The position numbers and the translations under genes are program-made. A stretch of DNA of 64,000 nucleotides from Octopus sinensis (taxonomy: Eukaryota), in contig NW_021834230.1 in NCBI RefSeq assembly GCF_006345805.1, forward strand, positions 1-64,000, in the 5' to 3' direction. Positions 47,713 to 61,882 of the stretch are shown here, in pieces (the stretch's first letter is position 1; each line of letters opens with the position of its first letter). The notes under the pieces are model-generated. The model did not search any database. It saw only the letters and a program-made list of their open reading frames with translations, and had not been told where the DNA came from.

Positions 47713-50600
47713 GTTTCACTTTTATATATAAAGATATATTATACGACAGGCTTCTTTCAGTTTCAGTCTACCAAATCCACTCACATGGCATTGGTCGGCC
47801 CAAGGCTAGAGTAGAAGACACTTGCCCAAGGTGCCATGCAGTGGGACTGAACCTGGAACCATGTGGTTGGTTAGCAAGCTACTTACCACACAGCCATTTA
47901 AGCTTGGAGCGTTTCTCAGTTTCTTTTGCAGAACTGCTTAGTTCTGGGGATGTAAACACACCAGCACCGGCTGTGAGGCAATGATGGGGAACAAACATAT
48001 ACATGGAAACACACACAGATATAATATATATATATATATATGATGGGCTTCTTTCAGTTTCCATCTACGAAATTTTTTCACAATGCTTTGGTTGGCCCAA
48101 GGCTGTTAGTAGAAGACGCCCATGGTGCCACGCAGAGGGACTGAACCTGTGGAGCAAGCTTCTTAACCACACAGCAATGCTGTTTCAGTTGTTGGATTGA
48201 GATACTTCCTTGTACTGGGGATGTAAACAAACCAACTCTGGTTGTTGAGGGAAAACATGCTTTTGTGTTTCAGTTCAATGGTCGTGGTCATGCTGGGGCA
48301 CTGGTAGCATTATCACCATTTCAATGTCCATTCTTTTTTGTAATTGGCTTTTAGTGAAGGTGTGAGTCTGAGCGCACTGCCCTCTTTTCTTGCCGTGATG
48401 TGGGTTCATCTGGGACTTCAGGCAGCAGGGGATCGAGTTGTTTCTCGAAATGTCTACCCCCTACTCTTTGTTGATCTCTGACATGTTCTGGCAAGGTATT
48501 AAATAGATAAGGGCCGTTGAATCCCAGGTGAGTTGACCTGGCAGAGTTATTGAGTGTTGCCTAAAACGTTTGGCAACATTTCTTCACATCAAGAGTTCAA
48601 ATCCTGCTGACCAGGGTCGTGGAGTCAGTAAAATAGACCACAATCACTAGGGGTTGGAGTCGAAGCTTTTTGTTTTGACTCCACAGTCCTGCTGCTATCG
48701 GTCTCTTTTTGCTGAACTGGTAAGTTACAGGTACGTAAACACACCAGCATCGGTTGTCAAGCGATGTTGGGGAGACAAACATACACCACGGGCTTCTTTC
48801 AGTTTCAAAGTTTGGTCAGCTGGAGGCTATAGTAGAAGACACTTGTCCAAGGTGCCCTGCAGTGGGACAGAACCAGGAACCATGTGGTTGGTAAGCAAGC
48901 TACTTACCACACCCATTCCTGCGCCTATATATATATATATATATATTTTATCTTTTACCTGTTTCTGTCGTTTAGTTGTGGCCATGCTGGGGCACCACCT
49001 AGAAGGATTTTGGTCAAACAATTGACCCCAGGACTTATTTTTTCAAGCGGAGTACTTATTCTTCTAGGTTATCCCCCCCCCTCCTACAAAAAAATTGCTG
49101 GCCTTGTGCCGAAATTTGGAAGAATGATTCAGCTGGTGTTTAAAATACAGATTCACATGAAATTTTGATTGGGGGTTTAACTTTGAAAGTGTTAGCATAG
49201 AACCAATGGGGCAATTTCAGGCAGGTTGGTATCAAAAGGGTCCAGAAGGCATTGAGAAAAGGGTCAGGGGATTAAAGAAGGGATACATGTATAAAAACAA
49301 ATGGGAAGAGGAAATGGCTTGGTAGAGGGTGTTTGCATAGATTTTTGAGATCATTGTGGAATGGCAGAGAATTAAAATAGACTGTCTAGTAAAGCTCAAG
49401 AGGGGTGGCCAGAAATGTATTGTTATCTGTAACAAGATATACAGGATGGATCGTCGTCACTTCCATCTGCTTTACAGTGGTGGCAGTTCAATGGTTCTGG
49501 AGTACTGGTCCTCAATCAGGGTTCATATGATGCTTGTGTTTGGCATGTAAGATCTTGTCATTAAAACTTGCATTCAATAAACTGGTTTTGTACTTCTGCA
49601 AAATGCCAACAGATTTCCTGATAATATTTAATAGCAATACAATAGGATTATTTTGAACATTTATTGGCTCTTGGGGTCCACTGACAGAGATAGCAATTAA
49701 TGGGGTCCATAGTTAAAAAAGAATAGTTGAGAACATCTGACATTTTGGGGTCAGTGGTGTAAGCTGGTTACAAATGTAAACCTACCAACCAGAGACCACA
49801 TATGACGTATGGAAAGAACCTTGCAGAGCATATGTGCCTGTTAATAGATGCACAAACAACCAAAACCTATTTGAGTGGAGGCCCGAATATCAAGTTCGGT
49901 GGTGTATATAGGGGCCCCTTGGTGCAGGCCAAAGACAAGATATTTCCTTTTTTGTTTGTTATAGGAATGACTATGCAAGTTAACGCGAGAAGCACCGTGG
50001 GGGCTGTTATTAACATCCGTTTTCCATGCTGGCATGGATTGGACGGTTTTGACTGAGGGCTGGCAAGCCAGGAGGCTGCACAAGGCTTCAATCTGATCTG
50101 GCAAGGTTTCTACAGCTGGGTGTTCTTACTAACACCAGCCACTCCATGAGTGGTGGGTGCTTTTTACATGCTACCGGCATGGGTGGGGTCAGGCAGCACA
50201 GACATCGACCCTGCTTGAATGGTGCTTTTTACGTCCCAGTCAGGTGGTACCAACATTGGCTATGGCAACAATTTCACTTGACTCAACTGGTTTTCTCAAG
50301 CACAGCATATTGCACGCCGATTGAAGGGTACTCTTAAATGGGCCGGTTATGTGACGCTTGGCATTTTCTATTCGCCATTACACCATCACATCGGACTTTA
50401 ATTCCGTATGTAACCATTATGTAAATGGTTCATTGGAATGAATTCCATCCATTGGTGTTTTATGTAGTGTTTCCTCCCCACTTAAATTTAGACATTTCCA
50501 GAGGACACCTTGACCGTTATTAACGGACATTCTATCTACAAATTACGGAGATGTACTTGCATAGCAAGTGACCTGATCTGAGATCGTGTGCTGAAACGAA

Positions 50601-50890
50601 AACAATTGCAGCGTGGAAAGTGTTTGTAAGCCATTTAAGAAACACACAAAAGCCGTTCGATTCACTTCAACATTTAAGTTTAATTTGCCAAAATATTTTC
50701 GTCGCTTTAAGACCGCGACCTGTTCACTGACAAAAATACGTACTGCATCTCTGATTTTTGTCAGTGCAGAGGTCGCGGTCTCAAAGCGACGAAAATATTT
50801 TGACAAATTAAACTTAAATGTTGAAGTGAATCGAACGGTTTTTGTGTGTTTCTTAAATGGCTTACAAACACCTTCCACGCTGAAATTGTT
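50601..50890. repeat. Fold-back element: 137-bp arms, 16-nt loop
   Basis: 50601-50737 is the reverse complement of 50754-50890, with about 7 mismatches by eye. Confidence 0.9.
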
Positions 50891-51540
50891 ATCTACAAAT
50901 GTTGGTGGGAAGTCGTGAGTAGGATGAGGGCAACTGTATGACGGATGTTTAGTTCCAGGTCAACCATGACCAAAAGTATTACGAGCCAAGCTTTCTTTTT
51001 CGTTTCTTCAGAAATAACCCAGAATTCTTTTCTCTGAATCGATGGATTTACGACTTAAGAGAAATGTAACTGCTATTTTTAGCACGTTGAACAGCCATGT
51101 GGGGGCTCCCTTCGTCTCACACGGCCGATGGGATTGGGTTCAGTGGAGGACAGCAGTCAATGTGATAGTGAGACAGAAAGAAGGAAAATACTCTCATTTA
51201 GTTGGATTTGGAAACGAATTCGAGATTCTTTGTTGCAGGAGGGGGGGATATAAAGGGAGGTAACTGACGTAAGAGTTGCCTCCCATGTTTATTAGCTCCT
51301 CAGCGAAAATCTTTTTGATTTATAAATGGAAACTGTAACACCAACTGCTTGGATTGAAGTCTCGTTCATTGTGTTATAATGCAAGTGGTTGAGTATTCCG
51401 ACATCTTATATATACTCGTACTGCTTTAGATTACAGCTGCAGTTCATCCTCTGTTGGCGAACTCGAGATCTAGCTCTCTCACTCTCTCTTTGTATACACA
51501 CACACACATATATATATATGTATGTATATATATATATATA

Positions 51541-51723
51541 TTCTTTTACTTGTTTCAGCCATTTGACTGCACCTTCAGTTGAATAAATTGGCCCCTAAGA
51601 CTTATTCTTTGTAAGCCCAGTACTTATTCTATCGGTCTCTTTAGCTGAACAGCTAAATTACGGGGACGTAAACACACCAGCATCAGTTGTCAAGCGATGG
51701 TGTGGGGACAAACATACATGCGC

Positions 51724-51768
<45 letters not shown>

Positions 51769-51912
51769 CACCACGGGCTTCTTTCAGTTTCCGAGTTTGG
51801 TCGGCCCAAGGCTATAGTAGAAGACAATTGCCCAAAGTGCCATGCAGTGGGACTGAACCAGGAACCATGTGGTTGGTAAGCAAGCTACTTACCACACAGC
51901 CACTCCTGCGCC
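51541..51912 (-). mobile_element. SINE family A
   Basis: Reverse complement match. Confidence 0.8.
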
Positions 51913-52164
51913 TATATATATATATATATATATTTTATCTTTTACCTGTTTCTGTCGTTTGGTTGTGGCCATGCTGGAGCACCACCTAGAAGGATTTTAG
52001 TCAAACAATTGACCCTAGGACTTATTTTTTCAAGCAGAGTACTTATTCTTCTAGTCTCTTAGCTGGACTGCTAAGTTATGGGGACATAAACACACCAATA
52101 CCGGATTCTAAGTGGTGTTAGTGGGGGAAACATCACACACACAAATATATACATAGATAGTGCT

Positions 52165-52840
52165 TTTTATATGTCACTGGCACAGGAGCCAGTTAGGGGC
52201 ACTGGCATTGATCATGTTCAAATGGTGCTTTTTATGTTCCACCAGCATAAAAAGCACTATCTGAATGTGATCGATGCCAGGGTGACATGTAAAAAAGCAC
52301 TCACTACACTCTTGAAGTGGTTGGCGTTAGGAAGGGCATCCAGTTGTAGAAACTCTGCCAGATCAGATTGGAGCCTGGTGTGGTCTCCTGGCTTCCCAGA
52401 CCCCGGTTGAACTGTCCAACCCATGCTAGCATGGAAAACGGACTTTAAATGATGATGAGTGGCTGTGTGGTAAGTAGCTTGCTAACCAACCACATGGTTC
52501 CAGGTTCAGTCCTACTGCATGGCATCTTGGGCAAGTGTCTTCTGCTATAGCCCTGGGCCGACCAATGCCTTGTGAGTGGATTTGGTAGACGGAAACTGAA
52601 AGAAGCCCGTCGTATATATATATATATATATATATATGTTTGTGTGTCTGTGTTTGTCCTCCTATCATTGCTTGACGACTGATGCTGGTGTGTTTATGTC
52701 CCCGTCACTTAGCGGTTCAGCAAAAGAGACCGATAGAATAAGTACTGGGCTTACAAAGAATAAATCCTGGGGTCGATTTGCTCGACTAAAGGCGGTGCTC
52801 CAGCATGGCTGCAGTCAAATGACTGAAACAAGTAAAAGAG
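52165..52840 (+). mobile_element. Family D element directly followed by a family A SINE (from ~52457)
   Basis: Match to both families. Confidence 0.75.
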
Positions 52841-53289
52841 TATATATATATATATACAATGGGCTTCTTTCAGTTTCCGTCCACCAAATCCATTCACAAG
52901 GCTGTAGAAGCAAACACTTGCTCAAGGTACTGTGCAGTGGGACTGAACCCCAAAACCCTTCAAGATGCTGCTCCAGCATGACCACAGCCCAATGGTTGAA
53001 ACAAGTAAATGAAAGAAAAAACAAAATGAGTAAAAAAAAATGAAAAAAATATACAAAAAACAAAAATGTTTTAGTTTATTTATTGATTTTTTTTTATAAT
53101 GAATAATTATTTACAGAAAAAATAAACATAAATTAATTTATAATAATAATGATAATAGTAGTAGTAGTAGTAGTAGTAGTAGTAATAATAATAATCATTT
53201 CTACTGGAGGCTCAAAGCCTGAAATTTTGTGGGAGGGCATTAGTTGATTAGATCGACCCCCAGGGCGTAACTGGTACTTAATTTATCGT

Positions 53290-53925
53290 GAGTTCAAATT
53301 CTGCCGAGGTCAACTTTGCCTTTCATCCTTTCGGGGTCGATAAATTAAGTACCAGTTACGCACTGGGGTCGATGTAATCGACTTAATTCCTTTGTCTGTC
53401 CTTGTTTGTCCCCTCTATGCTTAACCCCTTGTGGGTAGTAAAGAAATAGGTATTTCGTCCGTCTTTACATTCTGGGTTCAAATTCAGCCGAGGTCGACTT
53501 TGCCTTTCAGCCTTTCGGGGTAAATAAATTAAGTACCAGTTACGCACTGGGGTCGATCTAATCGACTTAATACCTATGTCTATCCTTGTTTGTCCCCTCT
53601 GTGTTTAGCCTCTTGTGGGCAGTAAAGAAATAGGTACTTAATTTATCGACCCCGAGAGGATGAAAGGCAAAGTCGACCTCGGCGGAATTTGAACTCAGAA
53701 CATAGCAGCAGGTGAAATACCTATTTCTTTACTACCCACAAGGGGCTAAACACAGTTGATTATATTGACCCCAGTGCGTACTGGTACTTAATTTATCGAC
53801 CCCCAAAAGGATGAAAGGCAAAGTCGACCTCGGCGGAATTTGAACTCAGAACATAAAGACTGATGAAATGCCGCTAAGCATTTCTCCCCGGTGTGCTAAC
53901 GATTCTGCCAGCTCACCACCATAAT
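53290..53925. mobile_element. SINE family C: + strand dimer fused tail-to-tail with a - strand dimer
   Basis: Junctions GAAATAGGTATTTC (+) and GAAATACCTATTTC (-). Confidence 0.75.
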
Positions 53926-54449
53926 AATAATAATAATATTTTGACACAGAAAGTCTTTTCCCTTTTTCCTTTGTACCGGCAAAGTTTTCAAATTATCATC
54001 CTTAAATCCTTAAAAATGTTTTAGCCCGAAGGCCGCGGCCATGCTGGGGCACCACCGCTGAATGAGCTACACTAATATGTGAATCCACCTCTGATACGTG
54101 GCACTTGATCAACAAGGGAGTTCGATGCTGCTGCCCGCATCTGTGTCTCCTGTCGTGAGGTAGGTTCATCTGGGACTCCCGACAAGAAGAGATCCAGTTT
54201 AGTTTTAAAGAAACCCAAAATCATGTCTAAATATTTCTGTCTGTGTATCTAAGTTTCTGTATTTGTGAGTGAAGTGCTTTTTTTTTTGTTATTTAGATAC
54301 TGGGATGGTGAGAATTATGTGTAAGTGTTTGTGTATATCTCTATGTTTATATGCTGTTTTCTGAGAGAAGTAAAAGTATATATATGTGTGTGTGTGTATT
54401 TGCATAGTAGTAATGCTCTAGCATGGCCACAGCTCAGTGGTTGAACCAG

Positions 54450-54754
54450 TAAAGTAACGTGCTTGTTTCGTATGATATACACACACACACATGTATACAT
54501 ACATATAACATATATATACCACCACACACACCAACATATAATATATGTATATATGTATATATGTATATATTATATATATATATATATAATATATATATAT
54601 ATAATATATGTATATATATGTATGTATATATATATATGTATATATACTATATATATAAAACACACACATATGGCTAAGATCAAGGTCTAATATATACTCT
54701 TAATAGTTTTATATATATATATATATATGTTTGTGTGTGTGTACACTATATACA

Positions 54755-54804
<50 letters not shown>

Positions 54805-55716
54805 CATACATACATGTGTGTGTGTATAGATGCACATAGATATACATATAGATACATGTATCTATACACACGTAGATGCATATATATTTAAGTACACACA
54901 CTCACACACACATATATGCTTATATATATGTATATGTACAAATATATGTATCTAATATATATGTATGTATGTATAAACTTATGTGCGAATATATTCATAC
55001 ATACATACATATTTATACATATACATACATATATACATACATACGTTCACATATATATATACTCATTTTTATTGATGTATAAACCAAATATATTTTTAGT
55101 TGAGCAAATCGACCCTGGAACTTATTCTTTCTAAGCCCAGTACTTATTCTATCGGTCTCTTTTGCCGAACCGCTAGGTGACGGGGACGTAAACACATCAG
55201 CATCGGTTGTCAAGCAATGCTAGGAGGACAAACACAGACACACATACATATATATATATATATACGACAGGCTTCTTTCAGTTTCCGTCTACCAAATCCA
55301 CTTACAAGGCATTGGTCGGCCCGGGGCTATAGCAGAAGACACTGAACCCGGAACCACACAGCCACTCCTGCACCTATATATATATATATATATACATGCG
55401 TACATACATATATATATATATATATGAATGCATGTGTATATATACACAAATACATACATGTATGTATTTATGTGTATAAATATATATGTGTATATATATA
55501 TGACGTTAAACGATGATGATGATGATGATGATTCATACATACATACATATTTATAAATATACATACATACACACACACACACACATATATATATATACAT
55601 GCATACATATATAGATATATATATACATGCATACATACATATATATATATGTATGCATGTGTATATATATACAAATACATACATGATGTATTTATATGTA
55701 TAAATACATATGTGGT

Positions 55717-55769
<53 letters not shown>

Positions 55770-56359
55770 GTCTACCAATGTAAACAAACTCTAGCATAAA
55801 TATAAATCTCAGATACCCGGGTAGTACTTAAAGTCACCTAATGGACAAACAAAAAATTGTAAAGCCCTGTGATGCGTGCTAATTACTCCACACATCAAAC
55901 ACACCTTAAATGTAGGTGTATATATTGAAGTGGAGGCTTGTTTTCACACCGAATTGTCCAATGTCGATTTGTACACCCATTTGTTGAGTGTGTATGTTTT
56001 TGTATGTAAATGAAAGTGTGTGCAGAAGTATGTGTGTGTGTGTGTGTGTAAATGGGTGGGATTTTGTTTTTTCACACATGGACATTTTTCAGATGTTTTA
56101 AGCAATTATCACCTTATAAACAGACTGTATATATATGTGTATGTATGTATGTTTTTGTGTGTATATATATGTATATACATACATGTATATGTACATATAT
56201 GTATATTTGTGTATATATATATATATGTATACACACACACATACACACACACATATATATACATACACACATATATATACATATATATATATAAACATAC
56301 ATATATATATACACATATATACATATATATATAATAATAATGCATGCACATACATACCT

Positions 56360-56401
<42 letters not shown>

Positions 56402-56440
56402 ATATATAATATATATATATATATACATAACCATATATAT
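54450..56440. repeat. Degenerate TA/CA microsatellite field with an embedded family A SINE (55086-55375, -)
   Basis: Direct reading. Confidence 0.85.
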
Positions 56441-56443
56441 ATA

Positions 56444-56840
56444 GGTGCAGGAGTGGCGTGTGGTAGAGTAGCTTGCTAACCAACCACATGGTTCCGCGTT
56501 CAGTCTCACTGCGTGGCACCTTGGGCAAGTGTCTTCTGCTATAGCCCCAGGCCGACAATGCCTGTGAGTGGATTTGGTAGACGGAAACTGAAAGAAGCCT
56601 GTTTGTATATTATTAATATATATATATAGTTGTGTATGTGTGTGTGTGTCTGTGTTGTCCCCCTAGCATTGCTTGACATCCGATGCTGGTGTGTTTACAT
56701 CCCCGTCAATTAGCGGTTCGGCAAAAGGAACCGATAGAATAAGTACTGGGCTTACAAAGAATAAGTCCCGGGGTCGATTTGCTCGACTAAAGGCGGTGCT
56801 CCAGCATGGCTGCAGTCAAATGACTGAAACAAGTAAAGAG
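56444..56840 (+). mobile_element. SINE family A
   Basis: Full-length match to the family. Confidence 0.85.
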
Positions 56841-57091
56841 TATATATATATAGATGAGTCTATTTTTCCCTTGTTAACAATTAACACAGAAGAGAAGATT
56901 ATATGCTTTTACACCATTTATTCCTTTGGAATAACTATCAGTGATATCTTCGAAACATGTGTCGGAAGTAAAAGTATTTGAATTATACCTGCGTTAAACT
57001 CCATTTATTTATATATTTATATATATATATATATATAAGCATGTATATATATTGAACTCTACTATTTCCCTCTATTTAACCATCTCACATC

Positions 57092-57139
57092 GTCTCTGAT
57101 GAAGGGATATTCCAGATATCCCAGAAACAGCTGTCAGGC
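57092..57139 (+). ncRNA. Penelope-type minimal hammerhead motif
   Basis: GTCT-CTGATGA-A-GGGATAT-TCCAG-ATATCCC-A-GAAAC-AGCT-GTC-AGGC. Confidence 0.6.
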
Positions 57140-57218
57140 TATCTTTCTCTTTATAAATGTCCTGAAAATTCCACACAGCCTTGGCTTTGTTGTCTCATTT
57201 TTTAAAATATATGTATAT

Positions 57219-57266
<48 letters not shown>

Positions 57267-57371
57267 TATATACATCTGGTGTATACACACACATATATAT
57301 ATATACATATATGTACATAATATATATATATATATAATATATCTATATATATCTATATATATATAAAGTTA

Positions 57372-57570
57372 ATCCAAAACAAGAAAAGCACACCAAAAAC
57401 ACAACAACACGAGGACGTGGAACAAATATAGTATTATTGGACGCTCAGGAAAGGAGGAGGGTTTAACGTTTCGAGCGGAGCTCTTCGTCGGAAACATAGA
57501 AGGAAAGATCCAGAGAAGGGAAGACAGAGGAAAAAAAATCGCCAACGGTCCACACGAGGTCACATTTTGA
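57372..57570 (-). mobile_element. Penelope-like fragment (reverse of 9731-9925) with a CCGACGA hammerhead variant
   Basis: Minus strand TGTTT-CCGACGA-A-GAGC-TCC-GCTC-GAAACGTT-AAAC at 57461-57496. Confidence 0.6.
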
Positions 57571-57632
57571 ATATATATATATATATATGTATATGTCTCA
57601 CCCATGCCAGCATGGACGGAGGACGTTAAATG

Positions 57633-57663
<31 letters not shown>

Positions 57664-58657
57664 AACACACTTATATATATAAATATATGTATGTTTGTAT
57701 GTATATATATATATATATACATGTATATATATATATATATATATACGTATGTGTATGTATCTACCTATATCTGTATGTAAGGATTTATTTGTTTTATTTG
57801 TTGTGTCATTTTTGTCTTTTCGTGTTGTCCTTTACCGTTGCATGTTAACATTTCCGGTTCAAGGGAGCAGGATGTCAGATTAAGGTGTGTGTGCGTGTGT
57901 GGGGGGGATATCTAAGGGGGATAATTCTATTTCCCTCTCCTCAATTTTTATTCTTCTACATGTCTTTCCCCCCCCCCCCCCCAAACAAGCACGTTTTACA
58001 TTCTGTTAATTAAATTTAACTCAATAATATAATCATTAAAACAAAAAAAAAAAGTTTAGAAATAAATAATAATTTATTATACTCAATATCTTTTTTTTTT
58101 CTCTTTCTCATAAATTTAGACATTTTCTAAGTCATGGAAAGACAACTCCGACAAAAATATAAAAAGAAAAAAAAAAGTAAATCATATTGTAAAAAAATCA
58201 CAGGAGCATGAACATAGATTAAGTGATATGAATATTGATCTAGAGGAAGTCTTTGAAATGTCTGTTATTCTTCATGGCTTTGGTAAGCTCATGGTTCCAT
58301 GTCGTTTATGTTTGCCCTATATTTAAACATAAAATTATCAAAGGCATCTGGCTTAGTGGTTAGAGGTGTTTGGTTTTCATCAAAAGGTTGTGAGTTCCTG
58401 GTGGTGCATTGTCGATATTTTATTTTCTGAATTAAATCTTTAATTTTTAATTTTTAATTCACCTGAGGAAATGTTTTTTCTTTCATATTGTATTTGGTTT
58501 ATGCATCAATAAAAAATGTCACCGAAACAGCTGTAGGAAACCTTAACCCATTTGTGTTCTGTAAGGTTATCTTCTCAGTTCGCCACACCACCTACGCAAG
58601 GGCGTTTATACACCCATATCCATTAACGGTTATATTTAATACTTTTTTGCTGTATTA

Positions 58658-59054
58658 CTCTTTACTCTTTTACTTGTTTCAGTCATTTGACTGCGGCCAT
58701 GCTGGAGCATCGCCTTTAGTCGAGCAACTCGACCCCGGGACTTATTCTTTTGTAAGCCCAGTACTTATTCTATCGGTCTCTTTTGCCGAACCGCTAAGTG
58801 ACGTGGACATAAACACACCAGCATCGGTTGTCAAGCAATGCTAGGGGACAAACACAGGACACACATATATAATATACATATATACGACGGGCTTCTTTCA
58901 GTTTCCGTCTACCAAATCCACCCACACAAGGCATTGGTCGGCTCGGCCGGCGGGATAGCAGAAGACACTTGCCCAAGGTGCCACGCAGTGGGACTGAACC
59001 CGGACCATGTGGATGGTTAAGCAAGCTACTTACCACACAGCCACTCCTGCGCCT
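58658..59054 (-). mobile_element. SINE family A with a 27-bp TSD
   Basis: TATATTTAATACT(T/A)TTTTGCTGTATTA at 58631-58657 and 59055-59081. Confidence 0.9.
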
Positions 59055-59842
59055 TATATTTAATACTATTTTGCTGTATTATATACTTGTTTCTTTTTTT
59101 TTTGTATCTGTTATTTTTTTTATCATTGGTTTTCTACATAAATGAACCTACATCCTTTAATTTGCTGCTTTTCGTTAAACGAACTGTGAAGATACCTTGC
59201 AGAACGGTTGTTACTTTAATGAGTTATATCTAATCATCGCTCAAAGAGACAAATCTATACCAACGGATGCTCCTGAACTGGTTGTTAAGTATCCCACCCA
59301 TGAGGGATTGATGCTAGATGCGTCGAAACAATTGTAGGGATTAATAAAAATTCTCATATCTTCCATCTTTCATCTCTCTCGTTAACCAAATACAAAACGA
59401 ACACCGTGAAAGTGAATGTGCTTTACTGGCAAGCTACGATACAATCTATTATCTAATGGTATGGGTGTGTGTGTGTTTATGTATATATGTATAGGTGGTG
59501 GTGTGGTCATGTGATAAGAAGCTTGCTTCCTAAGCTCATGGTTCTGGTTTCAGTCCCATTCAGCAAATGTTTTTTACTATAGCGTTGGGCTGACCAAAGC
59601 CCTGTGAGTGGATTTTGGTAGACAGAAATTGAAAGAAGCCTGCTGTGTGTGTGTATGTATGTGTGTATATATATATATATAATTATATTTTCTATTTCTA
59701 TTTCTATATCTTGTTATATTTGTACTATATTAATGTATAATATCATTGCTGTGGTGTAATGGTTTAATAAAGTATTGATTGGGTATTATCTGATGGTTGA
59801 TGTTTGATTGATTTAGGTATGTTTCTCCATTTTCTCATTTTG

Positions 59843-59887
<45 letters not shown>

Positions 59888-60139
59888 ATGTTTGTGTGTG
59901 TGTGTGTGTGTGCATGTGTGTGTGTGTGTGTGTGTGCATGTGTGTGTTTGTCTTGTCTCAGTCACCGCTTGACAACTTAGTACTGGTGTGCTCATGTCCT
60001 TGTAACTTAGTGGTTTGAGAAAAGATACTGATAAAGTAAGTACCAGGTTTAAAAATACAAGCACTGGCATCAATTCTTCCAGGTGGTGCCCCAGCATGGC
60101 CTCAGTCTAATCACTGAAACAAGTAGAGGATAAAAGACC

Positions 60140-60171
<32 letters not shown>

Positions 60172-60654
60172 GTGTGTATGTATATCACCATCATCATCAT
60201 TTAATATCCATTTTTCCCTTGCTTGCATTGCCCAGCTGGAGCTTGTCAAGGCAGCTGGATGCTCTTTCTGTCACCAACCTTCAAATATTTCCAATATAAT
60301 TTAAGCAACCAGAAGATCGATTTGGTATTAATCTCTATTTTTTGCAAGGGTCGTTTTGACCCATCCTGCTAACGTCCCTTATTGGTGGGGACTCCGTTCA
60401 ACATGTGCTGCATCCATTTAGCAGTTGGGGTCTCATCAGGTACATCCATACGTAAAGTGGTGTCTTTGTAAAGAACTTGAGTTTAGGCAGTCATGTTGTT
60501 AAAAGCAGTCAAATTTGGGATGTGACCCAGACTGCAAAATGGGTGCAACACAACATGTAAGGAGTCCCACCCACAAGGGACAATAGCAGGAGGGGTGGAA
60601 GCAATCATTGTACATAAAAAAAAACCGATTAATACCAGATCCATCTTTTGGTTA

Positions 60655-61055
60655 CTCTTTTTTACTTGTTTCAGTCACTTGACTGCGGCCATGCTGGAGC
60701 ACTGCCTTTAGTCGAGCAACTCGAACCCAGGACTTATTCTTTTGTAAGCCCAGTACTTATTCTATCAGTCTCTTTTGCCGAACCGCTAAGTGACGGGGAC
60801 GTAAACACACCAGCATCGGTTGTCAAGCAATGCTAGGGGGACAAACACAGATACACAAACATATACACACACACATATATATACATATATACGACGGGCT
60901 TCTTTCAGTTTCCATCTACCAAATCCACTCACAAGGCTTTGGTCGGCCCCGGGGCTATAGCAGAAGACACTTGCCAAGATGCCACGCAGTGGGACTGAAC
61001 CCGGAACCATGTGGTTGGTTAGCAAGCTACTTACCACACAGCCACTCCTGCACCT
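60655..61055 (-). mobile_element. SINE family A
   Basis: Reverse complement match. Confidence 0.85.
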
Positions 61056-61429
61056 ATTACTTATTTTTTATTTTTATTTTATCTAGTTCCAGCTCATGAG
61101 TTTGGCCATGCTGGGGCACCACCATTTGGTGTTGCTACATGATTTTACTTCACGAATGCTTTTTAGCAATTGACTTTGGTGCATGAGAGAGTTTGATGCA
61201 GCTGCCCTCATCTGCACCTCTTGCCGCGAAGTTGGTTCATCTGGGACACCTGATAGGAAGAGGTCCAGCTTAATCAATTATCATTATCTCAACTAACGCT
61301 GTGCAACTCCTGAAGTAGGTCCAACAGTAATATACCCCGACTGCGGATGACACCAGGTAGCCACAAACTGTACCAGTGCTTTACTCAACACACCAACACA
61401 CTAACTGACATATAACCATTAGTTCAAAA

Positions 61430-61488
61430 TATTACATATATACATACACACACACACATGTGGAATAGGATACATACACTTACGATAG

Positions 61489-61540
<52 letters not shown>

Positions 61541-61851
61541 TATATTTATATACATTTATTTATATACGTTCAATGCTTCATGCTCACTAGATTGTTTATG
61601 TTTAGTCAAAGGTAAACTGATTTATATATATCGTCACAATATGTACACTGTATTATATATATATATAGACACATATACATATATATATGTATGTGTATAT
61701 ATATATATATATTTATGCATTCACATGTCTATGTATATATATATGTACATGTACATATATACTGATATATATATACTATATATATATTTGTATACATATG
61801 TATATACGTACATATACATGTATATAATATGTATATACATGTATATATATG

Positions 61852-61882
<31 letters not shown>

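Noticed and set aside
50543-50918. Two similar proteins on opposite strands
   Set aside because: Artefact of the 137-bp inverted repeat
59291-59341. GAAAC-AATT-GTA with flanking stems
   Set aside because: The CUGANGA core is not recognisable; at most a dead remnant
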